A stretch of DNA of 64,000 nucleotides from an uncultured Trueperaceae bacterium (GCA_963732665.1 CAVTAE010000014.1:1227544-1291543); one strand, 5' to 3'. Positions 20,558-30,058 are shown, numbered from the stretch's first letter. The notes: generated by a model from the sequence alone, not told the origin. Made by a program: numbers and translations.

Positions 20558-22342
20558 GTGGCATTTCTGTTAAATTGCTTCAAAGAGCATTCGTCTCGTA
20601 TTAAAGCTTGGTTATGGCTTTGGGGGGGACTAAGTGGTTTTTTGATTCTTAGTCGTATAGTGGCTAAGGATTGGCAATCTATTCCTTTTTTGATTTTACA
20701 GTTTTGCTTTTGGCTTTTAGTAAGTTGGCTTTGGCTACCAAGAAAATGGCTGCCAACTTTATTTTTTTGTGTTGCTTTACTTTTTACTTTTGGAGGGTTT
20801 GTACAACGTTGGTTGCTTTCCAATTCCTGGCGCACTACCTCAAGTAGTTCTGGACAAATTGAGCAGGCAGGATTGACTGGTCAGGGTGCAGTGAATATTG
20901 TAAGTTCTAGTAGCCAAGGTCGAGCTGGATTACGGAGTTGGCGTTTAGATCCAGTTACTCAAGATTTAAAGATTTCCCTCGAGCTAAGGCTTGTTGGAGG
21001 GCAGATGAACTGGTTTTGGTTTGGTAAAGAGGCCCAGCTAGAATCTATGTCATCTTATACCCGTTGGTATCATCCAAAAGGTCAAATCAGTCGGCGATTT
21101 TATATAGGGGAGCCTCTTAGAGATAAAACATTTAGAGTGAGTTTTCAGGCCCGTTCAGCCGAGGCGGTGTGTGGTCGTCTAAGATTTATTGATCGGCCAG
21201 TCAGTGTGCGTAGCCGTCAGGAACTTTGTACAAGCACCGCTTGGCAGAGCTTCAGCTTTGAATGGAAGCCCTCTGCAGAGGCCCAAGGAAAATTCTTAGA
21301 AATTGTACTCGACAATGTTGCAACTACTTATTTTGACATTGCCCAAGTCAAGCTCGAGCGTTGGCAGGATGGTTGGCTAGATATGCCTCCAGCAGCACCT
21401 ACTGGGGTAGGCATTGGCTTAATATGGGCAGATAAACCGGCTGGACCTAGCCCAGAATTTCGTTTTTTACCTTCGTCTGAGTGGCAGACTTATACCTTTA
21501 GCTATAGTGATGCCCAACTGCTTTCTAAGGAGCGGCTTTTAACTTATCTTGATCTTGAGCCATCCTTAGCTGTCGAAGTTAAGAATGTAGTTATCCAATC
21601 ACTTACTCCTGGAACGATCCAGCCTATAGCCCTTCCTAGGGTAATTCGGCAAACCTTGTTTTCCCCTCATGCCAATTTAGCTGGTCATATGATAGCTGTC
21701 GTTACACTTTCTTACTTTGTTCTTGGGCAATCAATTGGGTTGGGTACAGTAGCTCTCATAGTTTCAGTGGCGAGTATTTGGCTTACAGGGAGTCGGACTG
21801 CTTTTTTGGCAATTTTATTAGCTTTTATGTTGCTACTTTACTTTATGGCCAAGAGAAGACGCTGGCTAATTTACAGTATTTGTGCCGTGATGTTAGCAGG
21901 GAGCATAGGTTTTTTTGGTCTTAGTCGTTTAGGTAGACTGATTGAATTTGATAATGAAGCTACTCCACGGCCAGAAATCTGGCGTTTGGCTTGGCAAGTT
22001 TTTCGTGAAAATCCTCTGACAGGTCTTAGTTCTGAAGAATTTAGAGGCTATGCTTTAGAGCGAGGTGTTGGAGTAGAAGCAGGTGGTGTGACACATGCCC
22101 ATAATTTTTTGCTTTACCTAGCTTCTACTTATGGGATTTTTGGTCTAATAGCCAGTTTATGGTTGACTGGGGGGTTACTTTGGCTTGCATGGAATTGGGG
22201 TAGATGGCGTGCTTTAGCCTTTATAGTCCCCATATTTTTTATGAATATTTTTGATGTATCTCTTTTCTATATAGGGGTAATTTTGCCACTATGCCTAGTC
22301 TTAAACAGTTTCTGGAAACAGTCAAACATAAAAGCCAGATAA
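20558..22342 (+). CDS. O-antigen ligase (Wzy_C) domain membrane protein with ~370-aa N-terminal extra domain
   Basis: C-terminal half has Wzy_C hallmarks (GSRTAFLAILLAFMLLL, multiple TM helices); the N-terminal half has 2-3 TM helices followed by a soluble region. Confidence 0.6.
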   Translation: MAFLLNCFKEHSSRIKAWLWLWGGLSGFLILSRIVAKDWQSIPFLILQFCFWLLVSWLWLPRKWLPTLFFCVALLFTFGGFVQRWLLSNSWRTTSSSSGQIEQAGLTGQGAVNIVSSSSQGRAGLRSWRLDPVTQDLKISLELRLVGGQMNWFWFGKEAQLESMSSYTRWYHPKGQISRRFYIGEPLRDKTFRVSFQARSAEAVCGRLRFIDRPVSVRSRQELCTSTAWQSFSFEWKPSAEAQGKFLEIVLDNVATTYFDIAQVKLERWQDGWLDMPPAAPTGVGIGLIWADKPAGPSPEFRFLPSSEWQTYTFSYSDAQLLSKERLLTYLDLEPSLAVEVKNVVIQSLTPGTIQPIALPRVIRQTLFSPHANLAGHMIAVVTLSYFVLGQSIGLGTVALIVSVASIWLTGSRTAFLAILLAFMLLLYFMAKRRRWLIYSICAVMLAGSIGFFGLSRLGRLIEFDNEATPRPEIWRLAWQVFRENPLTGLSSEEFRGYALERGVGVEAGGVTHAHNFLLYLASTYGIFGLIASLWLTGGLLWLAWNWGRWRALAFIVPIFFMNIFDVSLFYIGVILPLCLVLNSFWKQSNIKAR

Positions 22343-22494
22343 ATAAATGAGTAAACGATTAAAAATGAATTAAGATCCAATTTGTAATTTGTGACAGTTG
22401 AAGGATAATACCAAGGCACTCTCTGTTAAAAATGTAATAGACACTCCTGATTCTTTTTGATTGACAGAAGAATCTCGAGGGTAAACCCTAAGAG

Positions 22495-24018
22495 GTGATT
22501 TTCTTGCGTTATCTTGTCTTATTGCTAATTCTTATTTTGATAGCTTCTTGTAGTGCCCCTACACCTCCTAGTCCGACTTCCACGATAATTTATGATGATG
22601 TACCTGAAGATATGGGAGATGATAGTTTACCCCTCATTCCTGAAGATCGAGTTACCTTTGATGTACAGGGTGATATCTGGTCTGGGGTAATCAATAACCC
22701 AAAGGCTCATCAAGAAGGAACTTGGTCACAGGTGTTTGACTGGCCACTAATTGCTTACAATGCGGCTTTGTTACCTGATGGTAAAGTATTTACTTTTGGT
22801 TCTAATCCGGTAGATCAGTATATAAAAAATGGTAGGGCATTTTATAATGATGTTTGGTCTCCAGATATGGGGCTAGGATTAGAATCTCATACAACCCTAC
22901 AAAATACCTCGGCAACCAATTTATTTTGTGCTGCCCAAATGCTACTTAATGATGGCGAGCTTTTGATTGCAGGAGGCGACAAAACAGAAATTGATCAGGT
23001 CGAGACAGGAGATGATGGGGTTTTGAACAATGCAGGTGTACAAGATCTCAACCTTTTTGATTATCGCAGTTCAAAAATAACACTTTCACCGCTGCAAATG
23101 ACTCAAGGCCGCTGGTATCCTACTATGACAACTCTTGCTAACGGTGATGTTTTAGTACAAGGTGGAATTGATATTACGAGGCAACCAAGCATCACGCCAG
23201 AAGTATGGTCTTCTGAAGGTGGTTGGAAGGTTTTATCAGATGCGACTTCTGCTACAGCATATAACGAATCTTGGAGTTATCCTTTTAGCTTTTTGGCACC
23301 TAATGGAAAAGTGTTTGTTGCAGGCAAGGGTAGAAATATGTGGTACATAGACCCAGATGATAATGGCTCAATACAATATGTAGGTGTGCGTGAAAATTTA
23401 GTGCGATCCCAAGGGTCAGCTGTAATGTATGGTGAAGGTAAGATATTGATTGTTGGTGGTGGGGCTAATCCATCAAATTCAGCTTTGAAGATTGATATTA
23501 GCGGTGAGAATCCAATAGTGGAATCAACCGAACATATGTCTGTTTCACGCAAATTTTTAGATGCTACTTTACTGGCAGATGGTCAGGTTTTTGTTAATGG
23601 TGGAAGTTATCTGTTGGGTGACGGGACTATGCAATCTGCTGTTTATACTAGCGAGATTTGGAACCCTGACACAGGTCAGTGGTCATTGAGTGCTACTGCT
23701 CAGCGTCCGAGAATGTATCATTCCACGGCTCTTTTATTGCCTAATGGTACTGTGCTAACAGCTGGTGGTGACCGTCCTACGGCAGCTCGTAATTTTAATG
23801 CTGAAATTTACTACCCACCCTATCTTTTCAAGAAAGATGGTTCAGGTGACTTTGCACCCAGACCAAGTATTGTAGCTATGTCAGATGTTGACTATGGTCA
23901 GTCGTTCATGGCAACGTTTGGGAATGCAAACGAAGTGAGTCGGGTGACTTTAGTAAGATTTGGTTCAGTGACCCACGGCTTCAACATGGATCAGCGTTTC
24001 TTAGAGCTCAGAGTTTAA
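22495..24018 (+). CDS. galactose oxidase/glyoxal oxidase-like lipoprotein (kelch beta-propeller + DUF1929), truncated by frameshift
   Basis: Lipobox LIASC; kelch-like repeats; region homologous to the glyoxal oxidase C-terminus (HSTALLLPNGTVLTAGG...YPPYLF). The conserved extreme C-terminus continues in another frame (see 24005..24163). Confidence 0.75.
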   Translation: MIFLRYLVLLLILILIASCSAPTPPSPTSTIIYDDVPEDMGDDSLPLIPEDRVTFDVQGDIWSGVINNPKAHQEGTWSQVFDWPLIAYNAALLPDGKVFTFGSNPVDQYIKNGRAFYNDVWSPDMGLGLESHTTLQNTSATNLFCAAQMLLNDGELLIAGGDKTEIDQVETGDDGVLNNAGVQDLNLFDYRSSKITLSPLQMTQGRWYPTMTTLANGDVLVQGGIDITRQPSITPEVWSSEGGWKVLSDATSATAYNESWSYPFSFLAPNGKVFVAGKGRNMWYIDPDDNGSIQYVGVRENLVRSQGSAVMYGEGKILIVGGGANPSNSALKIDISGENPIVESTEHMSVSRKFLDATLLADGQVFVNGGSYLLGDGTMQSAVYTSEIWNPDTGQWSLSATAQRPRMYHSTALLLPNGTVLTAGGDRPTAARNFNAEIYYPPYLFKKDGSGDFAPRPSIVAMSDVDYGQSFMATFGNANEVSRVTLVRFGSVTHGFNMDQRFLELRV

Positions 24019-24163
24019 TCAATTTGAAAATCGCCTGACTATTCAAGCCCCATCTAAACCCGAACTAGCTCCTCCTGGTTACTACATGATGTTTATTTTT
24101 GATGAAAACGGCGTACCTTCGGAAGCCACTACCGTACACTTAAAGCCTATTGCAGATAAATAG
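24005..24163 (+). pseudogene. out-of-frame C-terminal segment of the galactose-oxidase-like gene (..NQFENRLTIQAPSKPELAPPGYYMMFIFDENGVPSEATTVHLKPIADK*)
   Basis: The +1 frame after stop 24016-18 encodes the conserved APPGYYMLF..NGVPS DUF1929 terminus. This implies a 1-nt indel near 24005-24012 (gagctcagag; restoring ctcgag would rejoin the frames). Confidence 0.6.
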
Positions 24164-24188
24164 ATAGAGGCTAAAAAAATACCGCCCC

Positions 24189-24250
24189 AGCACGTTTAAT
24201 CTCAAAATTAGTGTTTAGGTGACCAGCTCCAAACGTAGTGAGACCGAATT
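24189..24250 (-). repeat. copy 1 of conserved intergenic element (..GGTCACCTAAACACTAATTTTGAGATTAAACGTGCT)
   Basis: Reverse complement aligns over more than 45 nt with copies at 26797..26880 and 56470..56517. Confidence 0.7.
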
Positions 24251-24317
24251 TGATAGTACGAAGTTTATGTGAAACATACCTGCGGTATAAACTAGGAAGA
24301 CTCAGCATATAAAAATC

Positions 24318-24346
24318 AAAAACACCGTCATTGACGGTGTTTTTTT
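24318..24346 (-). terminator. rho-independent terminator after tRNA-Ala (can act bidirectionally)
   Basis: 9-bp stem acaccgtca/tgacggtgt followed by T-run on both strands. Confidence 0.7.
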
Positions 24347-24421
24347 GGTGGAGTTGAGGGGATTTGAACCCCTGACCCCCTGCATGCCATGCAGGTGCGC
24401 TCCCAGCTGCGCCACAACCCC
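24346..24421 (-). tRNA. tRNA-Ala (anticodon GGC)
   Basis: Reverse complement GGGGTTGTGGCGCAGCTGGGAGCGCACCTGCATGGCATGCAGGGGGTCAGGGGTTCAAATCCCCTCAACTCCACCA. G3:U70 Ala identity pair; anticodon loop AUGGCAU; T-loop GGTTCAAATCC; encoded CCA. Confidence 0.9.
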
Positions 24422-24482
24422 AAGGCTTGTTTAGCTTACGTGGTTTAAAGATAGTGTGTCAAGCAGGTTTTTGATATTTATA

Positions 24483-24514
24483 TAAAAAACAAGGGGTTTT
24501 TAGACCCCTTGTTA
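24483..24514 (-). terminator. rho-independent terminator of cspA
   Basis: Stem aacaagggg/ccccttgtt, followed on the minus strand by TTTTTTATAT. Confidence 0.75.
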
Positions 24515-24536
24515 GCATTTTAAGAATGAAATTCGT

Positions 24537-24773
24537 TTAACGGCGAGCGCGCTGTTGGCGTGGAGCTGCGTTGGTTACCTTAACATTCTTGGCCTGCAAA
24601 CCTTTTTGACCTTTTTCAACTTCATATTCCACTTCATCGCCCTCATTTAGATTGCGATATCCGTCACTATTGATAGCTGAAAAATGTACAAATACATCTG
24701 CGCTACCATCGTCTTGTGCGATAAAGCCAAAGCCTTTATCTCCGTTAAACCATTTTACTTTTCCTGTTGCCAT
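24537..24773 (-). CDS. cspA: cold-shock protein (CspA family, S1-like cold-shock domain)
   Basis: [32 protein letters not shown]; RNP1/RNP2 motifs. Confidence 0.95.
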   Translation of the reverse strand: MATGKVKWFNGDKGFGFIAQDDGSADVFVHFSAINSDGYRNLNEGDEVEYEVEKGQKGLQAKNVKVTNAAPRQQRARR

Positions 24774-24959
24774 GCAACTTTCCTAACCGCCCGTGAAGGG
24801 CAAAAAACAATTTCGAGCCTGGGCTCGAGTCACGAAAAAGCTATTTAACTCTATCGGAACAATTTTAACTATAGGGGATTTAAGCTAAAAATGCAAGGTA
24901 TAAAGTAACATTATTAAATATTAATGTACTTTTTGAAATCTAGATATGTGTGTAAAGTG

Positions 24960-25000
24960 TGTAAATGCCCTCAACACAGAAGGATAGGGTTGTGATAATC
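24960..25000 (+). promoter_or_regulatory. putative extended -10 promoter of SRP RNA
   Basis: tgtgataat at 24991-24999 (TGn + GATAAT), about 7 nt upstream of the predicted 5' end of ffs. Confidence 0.45.
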
Positions 25001-25005
25001 TCTCT

Positions 25006-25112
25006 GAAGCCCCGTCGGCTCTACGCGGTGGCGACCCTCGAATTAGGTCAGGTCGGAAGAAGCAGCCTTAAGGGGTGATCGTCAGGTGCCGTAGAATACC
25101 GGCGGGGTTATT
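25006..25112 (+). ncRNA. ffs: signal recognition particle RNA (4.5S/SRP RNA, small type)
   Basis: Conserved domain-IV sequence TTAGGTCAGGTCGGAAGAAGCAGCCTTAAGG (cf. E. coli CCAGGUCAGGUCCGGAAGGAAGCAGCCAAGG). 5' ccccgucggc pairs with 3' accggcgggg; followed by a T-run. Confidence 0.8.
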
Positions 25113-25330
25113 TTTAGAGAGGTATCATCTCGTTTCAAAGTGGTACTCATTTGCTAAAAAGCTATCATTTCAAAGGAATAAGTACCCCAACACAATTAAG
25201 TTAAACTTAAATTTTCGGAAATCTGAATCTACAAAGGACTTTTCACTAAAACGTACTAAAAGATTAGTTTAATCTAATTTAGTACCGGTACTTAATTCTT
25301 TTGGGGAAGCCTTTTAGGCTTCCCCAAAAC

Positions 25331-26359
25331 TCAAGGGGACCGCTCTAGGGCGAGTTGGATGAGGTGTCTGATCAGGTGGGCATAGGATATGCCAGAGGCT
25401 TCCCATAACTTAGGGTACATGCTTGTTGTGGTAAAGCCTGGCATAGTGTTAATTTCATTTAAGTAAAGGTTTCCGTCATAAAAAAAGTCCACTCTGGCGA
25501 GTCCAGCCGCGTCTAGAGCCTTAAAAGCTTTTAGAGCTAAATTCTGGCATTCTAGGGCTAGATTTTTAGGAATATCGGCAGGGATATTTAGGTGGGCTAA
25601 ACCTTCGGTATATTTGGTTTCATAGTCATAAAAATCGCTTTGGAAACTGATTTCTCCAACCACGCTTGTCTTGGGGTCATCATTGCCTAAAATAGCAACC
25701 TCGAGTTCTCTGGGTTTATCTAGACCTTGTTCAATAATAATGCGGCGGTCATATTTGACAGCCTCGTTGAGGGCTTGTTTCAGTTCAGTTTGATTCAGAG
25801 CTTTGCTAATTCCTACCGAAGACCCTAAATTGGCAGGTTTGACAAAGAGTGGAAAACGGAGGTTTTCAAGCCTTTGAAGGACATGCTCTGGGCTCTCGAG
25901 CCATTCCTTGCGATTGACTAGGCTAAAGGCTACCTGAGGTAGCCCGTGAGCAGCAAAGACAGTTTTCATCATTATTTTGTCCATGCCCACAGCACTGGCC
26001 AGAACATCTGAACCCACAAAGGGAAGCCTCATCAGCTTGAGCATTCCCTGAATACTGCCGTCTTCACCATAAGGACCGTGCAAGAGCGGGAAAACCACAT
26101 CAAAGGCTTGAGGGTCAATATGTTGCAACTCGAGGTTCTGAACGGCTTGGAGCGTGTTTTGGGTTTCGCTACTACGACCCTGGGTTAGGGCTTGCAAAGA
26201 AACCTGAGCAGGTAAAAGCTTGCCACTTTTATCAATAACTAGTGAGGTGACTTCAAACTCATCTCCAGCAGCTCTAATAACAGAACGAGCGGAGGAGAGT
26301 GAAACCTCATGCTCTTCGGATTGACCACCACACAACAACAGGACTCGAGGTTTAGGCAT
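25331..26359 (-). CDS. ddl: D-alanine--D-alanine ligase
   Basis: MPKPRVLLLCGGQSEEHEVSLSSARSV...; ATP-grasp motifs. Start chosen at the ATG with GAGG RBS (ORF-track start 26383 is 8 codons longer). Confidence 0.9.
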   Translation of the reverse strand: MPKPRVLLLCGGQSEEHEVSLSSARSVIRAAGDEFEVTSLVIDKSGKLLPAQVSLQALTQGRSSETQNTLQAVQNLELQHIDPQAFDVVFPLLHGPYGEDGSIQGMLKLMRLPFVGSDVLASAVGMDKIMMKTVFAAHGLPQVAFSLVNRKEWLESPEHVLQRLENLRFPLFVKPANLGSSVGISKALNQTELKQALNEAVKYDRRIIIEQGLDKPRELEVAILGNDDPKTSVVGEISFQSDFYDYETKYTEGLAHLNIPADIPKNLALECQNLALKAFKALDAAGLARVDFFYDGNLYLNEINTMPGFTTTSMYPKLWEASGISYAHLIRHLIQLALERSP

Positions 26360-26559
26360 TTCTAACCTCAAAAAATAATACAATGTGTAAGTTACACATC
26401 ACACGTATACTCTACGATGTAAGAAGACAAAGGGTCAAGTCGGGAAAATACGAACCCTTTCTCGAGGATAATTTCACAGCTAGCTAGTCATTGTCTACTT
26501 TTTAATAAACATTTTATCTTGCTTCCTCTACCATCATTCTATGGTGGTAGAGGAGGATT

Positions 26560-26781
26560 ATGTTCGTCGGAACTAAGCGTCGGGTTATCAAAATCTCTGA
26601 AGGTAAGTTTCATTGCCCACAGTGCCATCAGCATACCAGCTATACCCGCAAAAGAGATTTGCAATATATGACGGTACTTTTTGTACCACTCTACCCCACT
26701 GATGACATGGTGGTGGACTATATAGAATGCGGCTCTTGCAAGAGGCAGTTTCATACCAGTCAGAATATAGCCCTTAGTTAA
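26560..26781 (+). CDS. zinc-ribbon small protein (CPQC...CGSC), 73 aa
   Basis: Strong RBS GAGGAGG 6 nt upstream of ATG; two CxxC pairs. Confidence 0.65.
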   Translation: MFVGTKRRVIKISEGKFHCPQCHQHTSYTRKRDLQYMTVLFVPLYPTDDMVVDYIECGSCKRQFHTSQNIALS

Positions 26782-26796
26782 TATAGCAAGTAGTAA

Positions 26797-26880
26797 ACTC
26801 GGTCTCACCCGTAGGTAAACTCAGGGTTCGGAGCGGGTCACTTACACATTGATTTCGAGATTAAACGTGCTAGGTAAAAT
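26797..26880 (+). repeat. copy 2 of conserved intergenic element (CGGTCTCAC..GGTCACTTACACATTGATTTCGAGATTAAACGTGCTAGGTAAAAT)
   Basis: Shares both the CGGTCTCAC..GGAGC.GGTCAC 5' part with copy 1 and the GAGATTAAACGTGCTAG core with copies 1 and 3. Confidence 0.7.
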
Positions 26881-27039
26881 TTATCTAGGCAGTATTGATA
26901 GAGATAATTTTGTAGCCTCTAAGTCCTCATACGAAATGAGCTTAGATTTATTTTCACAGTTCTCGCTAAGAAGTCCTTTGTAAATTAACATTCTCAAAAA
27001 ACATAAGACTAACTTAATTGTGTTTGGGTACTAATCTAC

Positions 27040-27927
27040 TTATTTGCTATGTCTACCTTGCTGTCTTTTCATGGTCATTAAACCCTCAGCAGCAAATATC
27101 AGCAGTGCCATCCAGATCAAGATAAAGCCAATCAATCTTTGCTGATTAAAAGGCTCATCATAAATTAAAAGCCCTATTAAAAATTGAATGGTTGGAGCAA
27201 TATATTGCAAAATACCTACCAGCGATAAAGGAATACGAAAAACGGCTAGGGCAAATAGGAGTAAGGGTGCAGACGTGGCTAGCCCAGTAGCTATCAGGAG
27301 TAAATCAGAAGCAAGGCTGTAATGAAAAAACACTCCCTGATTTTGGCTTTCGGAGTAGATTAAGTACACTAAAGCTGGTAAAAAAAGAACGGCCGTTTCG
27401 AGGGTCAAACCATGCAGCGAACTTAGGGGCGCAAGTTTTTTTACCAAAGCATAGGTGGCCCAGGTAATGGCTAAAGAAAGTGAAATCCAGGGCAAAGAAC
27501 CAAAGGCAAAGGTTAAATATAAAACGCCGCCGGCTGCAATCATAATAGGAATCCACTGACCTAAACGCAAACGCTCTTTAAGAAAAAAGACCCCCATCAA
27601 TACACTAATTAGTGGGTTAATAAAATATCCTAGGCTGGTTTCAATAATAAAGCCTTGATGGACAGCCCAGACATAAATAAACCAGTTCAGGCCCACCAAA
27701 AGAGCCGCCAGGGTATAGACCATTAAAATTTTAGAGTTTTGAATAGACTGGCGAAATACCTTCCATTGTCCTGAAAGGAAAATAACCACACTTAGAAAAA
27801 TAAATGACCACACAATGCGGTGACTTAGAACCTGAAAGACTGGAACATGTCCTAGAAATTTCCAGTAAATAGGTAATAGCCCCCATAGGATGTAAGCCCC
27901 GATAGCATAATAGATACCTTTATTCAT
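27040..27927 (-). CDS. rarD: EamA/DMT-family transporter, RarD-like
   Basis: 10 TM helices; N-terminus MNKGIYYAIGAYILWGLLPIYWK typical of RarD. Start trimmed from ORF-track 27987. Confidence 0.7.
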   Translation of the reverse strand: MNKGIYYAIGAYILWGLLPIYWKFLGHVPVFQVLSHRIVWSFIFLSVVIFLSGQWKVFRQSIQNSKILMVYTLAALLVGLNWFIYVWAVHQGFIIETSLGYFINPLISVLMGVFFLKERLRLGQWIPIMIAAGGVLYLTFAFGSLPWISLSLAITWATYALVKKLAPLSSLHGLTLETAVLFLPALVYLIYSESQNQGVFFHYSLASDLLLIATGLATSAPLLLFALAVFRIPLSLVGILQYIAPTIQFLIGLLIYDEPFNQQRLIGFILIWMALLIFAAEGLMTMKRQQGRHSK

Positions 27928-28040
27928 AATAAAGATAAATAGAGACGAGGGAAGGAAGATAATAAAATATCTTTCTTCTTGTCTCACCTTTAATTTGATT
28001 GCTTAGTTTTAACGGGTCATTCACAGTTTATGAGCTTTCA

Positions 28041-29279
28041 CTAATCCACCAAGGCCTGATACGTCAAAATTCTAAACTCTTTGGTTAGTGAATAAAAATC
28101 AGAGGGCATGAATTGGGTCATGACAATACCCAATAAATCTTCTACAGGATCAACCCAATAATTGGTCATAGCTGCACCACCCCAGCCATGACTGCCTACA
28201 GAACCATGCCTGGCACTAGCAGCCACATCTTCTAAGACTTCAACACCTAGACCAAAGCCATAACCTGCAATAGGAAAACCGCCAATCTCTAAGGGGCGTA
28301 TAGGTTTGGGTACATGATTCATGGTCATAAGTTCTATAGTCTTGCGGCCTAAAAGCTGTGTCCCTTCAAAGACACCTTTGTTGAGAAGCATTTGTGCAAA
28401 GTGGGCATAGTCAGAAATCGTAGAAACCAAACCACCTCCGCCGGACATTCCTGATACAAGCACATCATGGTTAATAAAAGGACTATTTTCTGGGGTATCA
28501 AGTGGATAAATGGGGCTGCCAATAGGAATTTGGCTAAAGTCCACACCCAAAGCAAAATTTTCTACTGGGCAATACACATTAGTAAAGTGTTCTAATTGTT
28601 CTGGCTTGACTCTAAAGCTAGTATTGTGCATGTAAAGCGGTTTGAAGATTCTATTTTCCAAAAAGCTTTCAAAAGACTCATCGGCCACAACTTCTATCAG
28701 ATGTGCCAAGACATCCACCGAATAGCTATATCGCCACTTAGTACCTGGCTGAAATACCAAAGGTAAATCTGAAAGCATTTCTACAAACTCTTTAAGACGC
28801 ACATCTCGAGGATTAACATTTAAGTTTCTATAGAGCTGGTCAACTGGTGTATCTTGAAACCAGCCATAGCTAAGCCCAGACATATGCGTTAGTAAATGCT
28901 GAATGGTCATGGGTGTTTGTTGAGGCTCGAGTTTTAACCCTTGATGCTCAGAAGCCTTGTGTACCTTAGTACCCTTAAACATAGGCAAGTATTTAGACAC
29001 AGGTTCGTCTAACATAAATTTGCCTTCTTCTAAAAGCATCAATGCAGCAACCGATGTAATGGGCTTGGTCATCGAGTAAATGCGAAAAACACTCTCTTGG
29101 GTCATGGGTGCAGCGTTCACACTACCAAAACTTTGCTGATAAGCTACATGTCCCTTGCGAAGGATCAGAGCATTGATACTTGCTAAATAGCCCTTATCAA
29201 TATAGCCTTGCAAGTGTTTACTTAAACGCTCGAGGCGTTGACTAGAAAACCCTAGTTGTTCGGCGGCTATTTTAGACAT
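28041..29279 (-). CDS. serine hydrolase, beta-lactamase/transpeptidase-like (class C/esterase family)
   Basis: SxxK motif SMTKPITSVAALMLLEEGK; YSY-like and HxG regions. Confidence 0.8.
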   Translation of the reverse strand: MSKIAAEQLGFSSQRLERLSKHLQGYIDKGYLASINALILRKGHVAYQQSFGSVNAAPMTQESVFRIYSMTKPITSVAALMLLEEGKFMLDEPVSKYLPMFKGTKVHKASEHQGLKLEPQQTPMTIQHLLTHMSGLSYGWFQDTPVDQLYRNLNVNPRDVRLKEFVEMLSDLPLVFQPGTKWRYSYSVDVLAHLIEVVADESFESFLENRIFKPLYMHNTSFRVKPEQLEHFTNVYCPVENFALGVDFSQIPIGSPIYPLDTPENSPFINHDVLVSGMSGGGGLVSTISDYAHFAQMLLNKGVFEGTQLLGRKTIELMTMNHVPKPIRPLEIGGFPIAGYGFGLGVEVLEDVAASARHGSVGSHGWGGAAMTNYWVDPVEDLLGIVMTQFMPSDFYSLTKEFRILTYQALVD

Positions 29280-29281
29280 AT

Positions 29282-30058
29282 TTATTTCCCTTTCCAAACA
29301 GGCTCACGTTTTTCCACAAAGGCTTTGGGGCCTTCTTTAGCATCTTCAGAATCTAACATTGCTTGATACGCAGCTAGCTTACCACTACGCATAAGTGCAT
29401 AGCTTTCTTGTACATTAAGAGCTTGGGTAGCGCGAGTTACTTCTTTAACTGCAGCAATAGATAAAGGCGCGGCTTTGATGATGGTGTGAGCAAATTCTCG
29501 AGCTTTTTCTAAAAGTTGAGCTTGTGACACAACAGCATTAACTAATCCCCAACGCAAGGCTTCATTGGCATCCATCCGCCGACCCGTAAGCAGCATCTCC
29601 ATAGCAATATGATAGGGCAAACGCTTAGGCAATCTAAACAAAGCAGCATCCGCTAAAACACCAACAAAAATTTCAGGTAAGAAAAATTGGGCATGGTCAG
29701 CAGCCACAATTAAATCACAAGCCAGAGCCAGTTCAAAGCCTCCACCTACAGCCATACCGTTGACTGCTGCAATCACTGGCTTATTCAAATCATGCATTTC
29801 GGTAATGCCAGCAAAACCACCAACGCCACAATCACTTTCAATAGCTTCACCACTAGCTGCTGCATTCAAATCCCAACCTGCTGAAAAGAATTTTTCACCT
29901 GCACCAGTAATAATCGCTACACGCAAATTGGGGTCATCACGAAAGTTGGCAAAGACGTTACCCATATCACGACTGGTCTTTGCGTCAATCGCATTGGCTT
30001 TAGGGCGATCTAAAGTTATTTCCGGAATCTGTCCATTGTTCCTAACGTGAATAATAAT
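29282..30058 (-). CDS. enoyl-CoA hydratase/isomerase (crotonase) family protein; start codon uncertain
   Basis: Crotonase core (..[36 protein letters not shown]..). The frame is open upstream of the ORF-track start to 30091 without an ATG/GTG/TTG; ATT at 30056-58 is a possible start. Confidence 0.65.
   Translation of the reverse strand: MIIHVRNNGQIPEITLDRPKANAIDAKTSRDMGNVFANFRDDPNLRVAIITGAGEKFFSAGWDLNAAASGEAIESDCGVGGFAGITEMHDLNKPVIAAVNGMAVGGGFELALACDLIVAADHAQFFLPEIFVGVLADAALFRLPKRLPYHIAMEMLLTGRRMDANEALRWGLVNAVVSQAQLLEKAREFAHTIIKAAPLSIAAVKEVTRATQALNVQESYALMRSGKLAAYQAMLDSEDAKEGPKAFVEKREPVWKGK

Noticed and set aside
25301-25330. Hairpin ggggaagccttttaggcttcccc just 3' of ddl as a terminator
   Set aside because: The stem is good but there is no U-tract on either strand, so it was not listed as a confident terminator.
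26539-26808. 89-aa minus-strand ORF antisense to the zinc-ribbon gene
   Set aside because: The plus-strand 73-aa ORF has a strong GAGGAGG RBS and paired CxxC motifs. The antisense ORF has neither.
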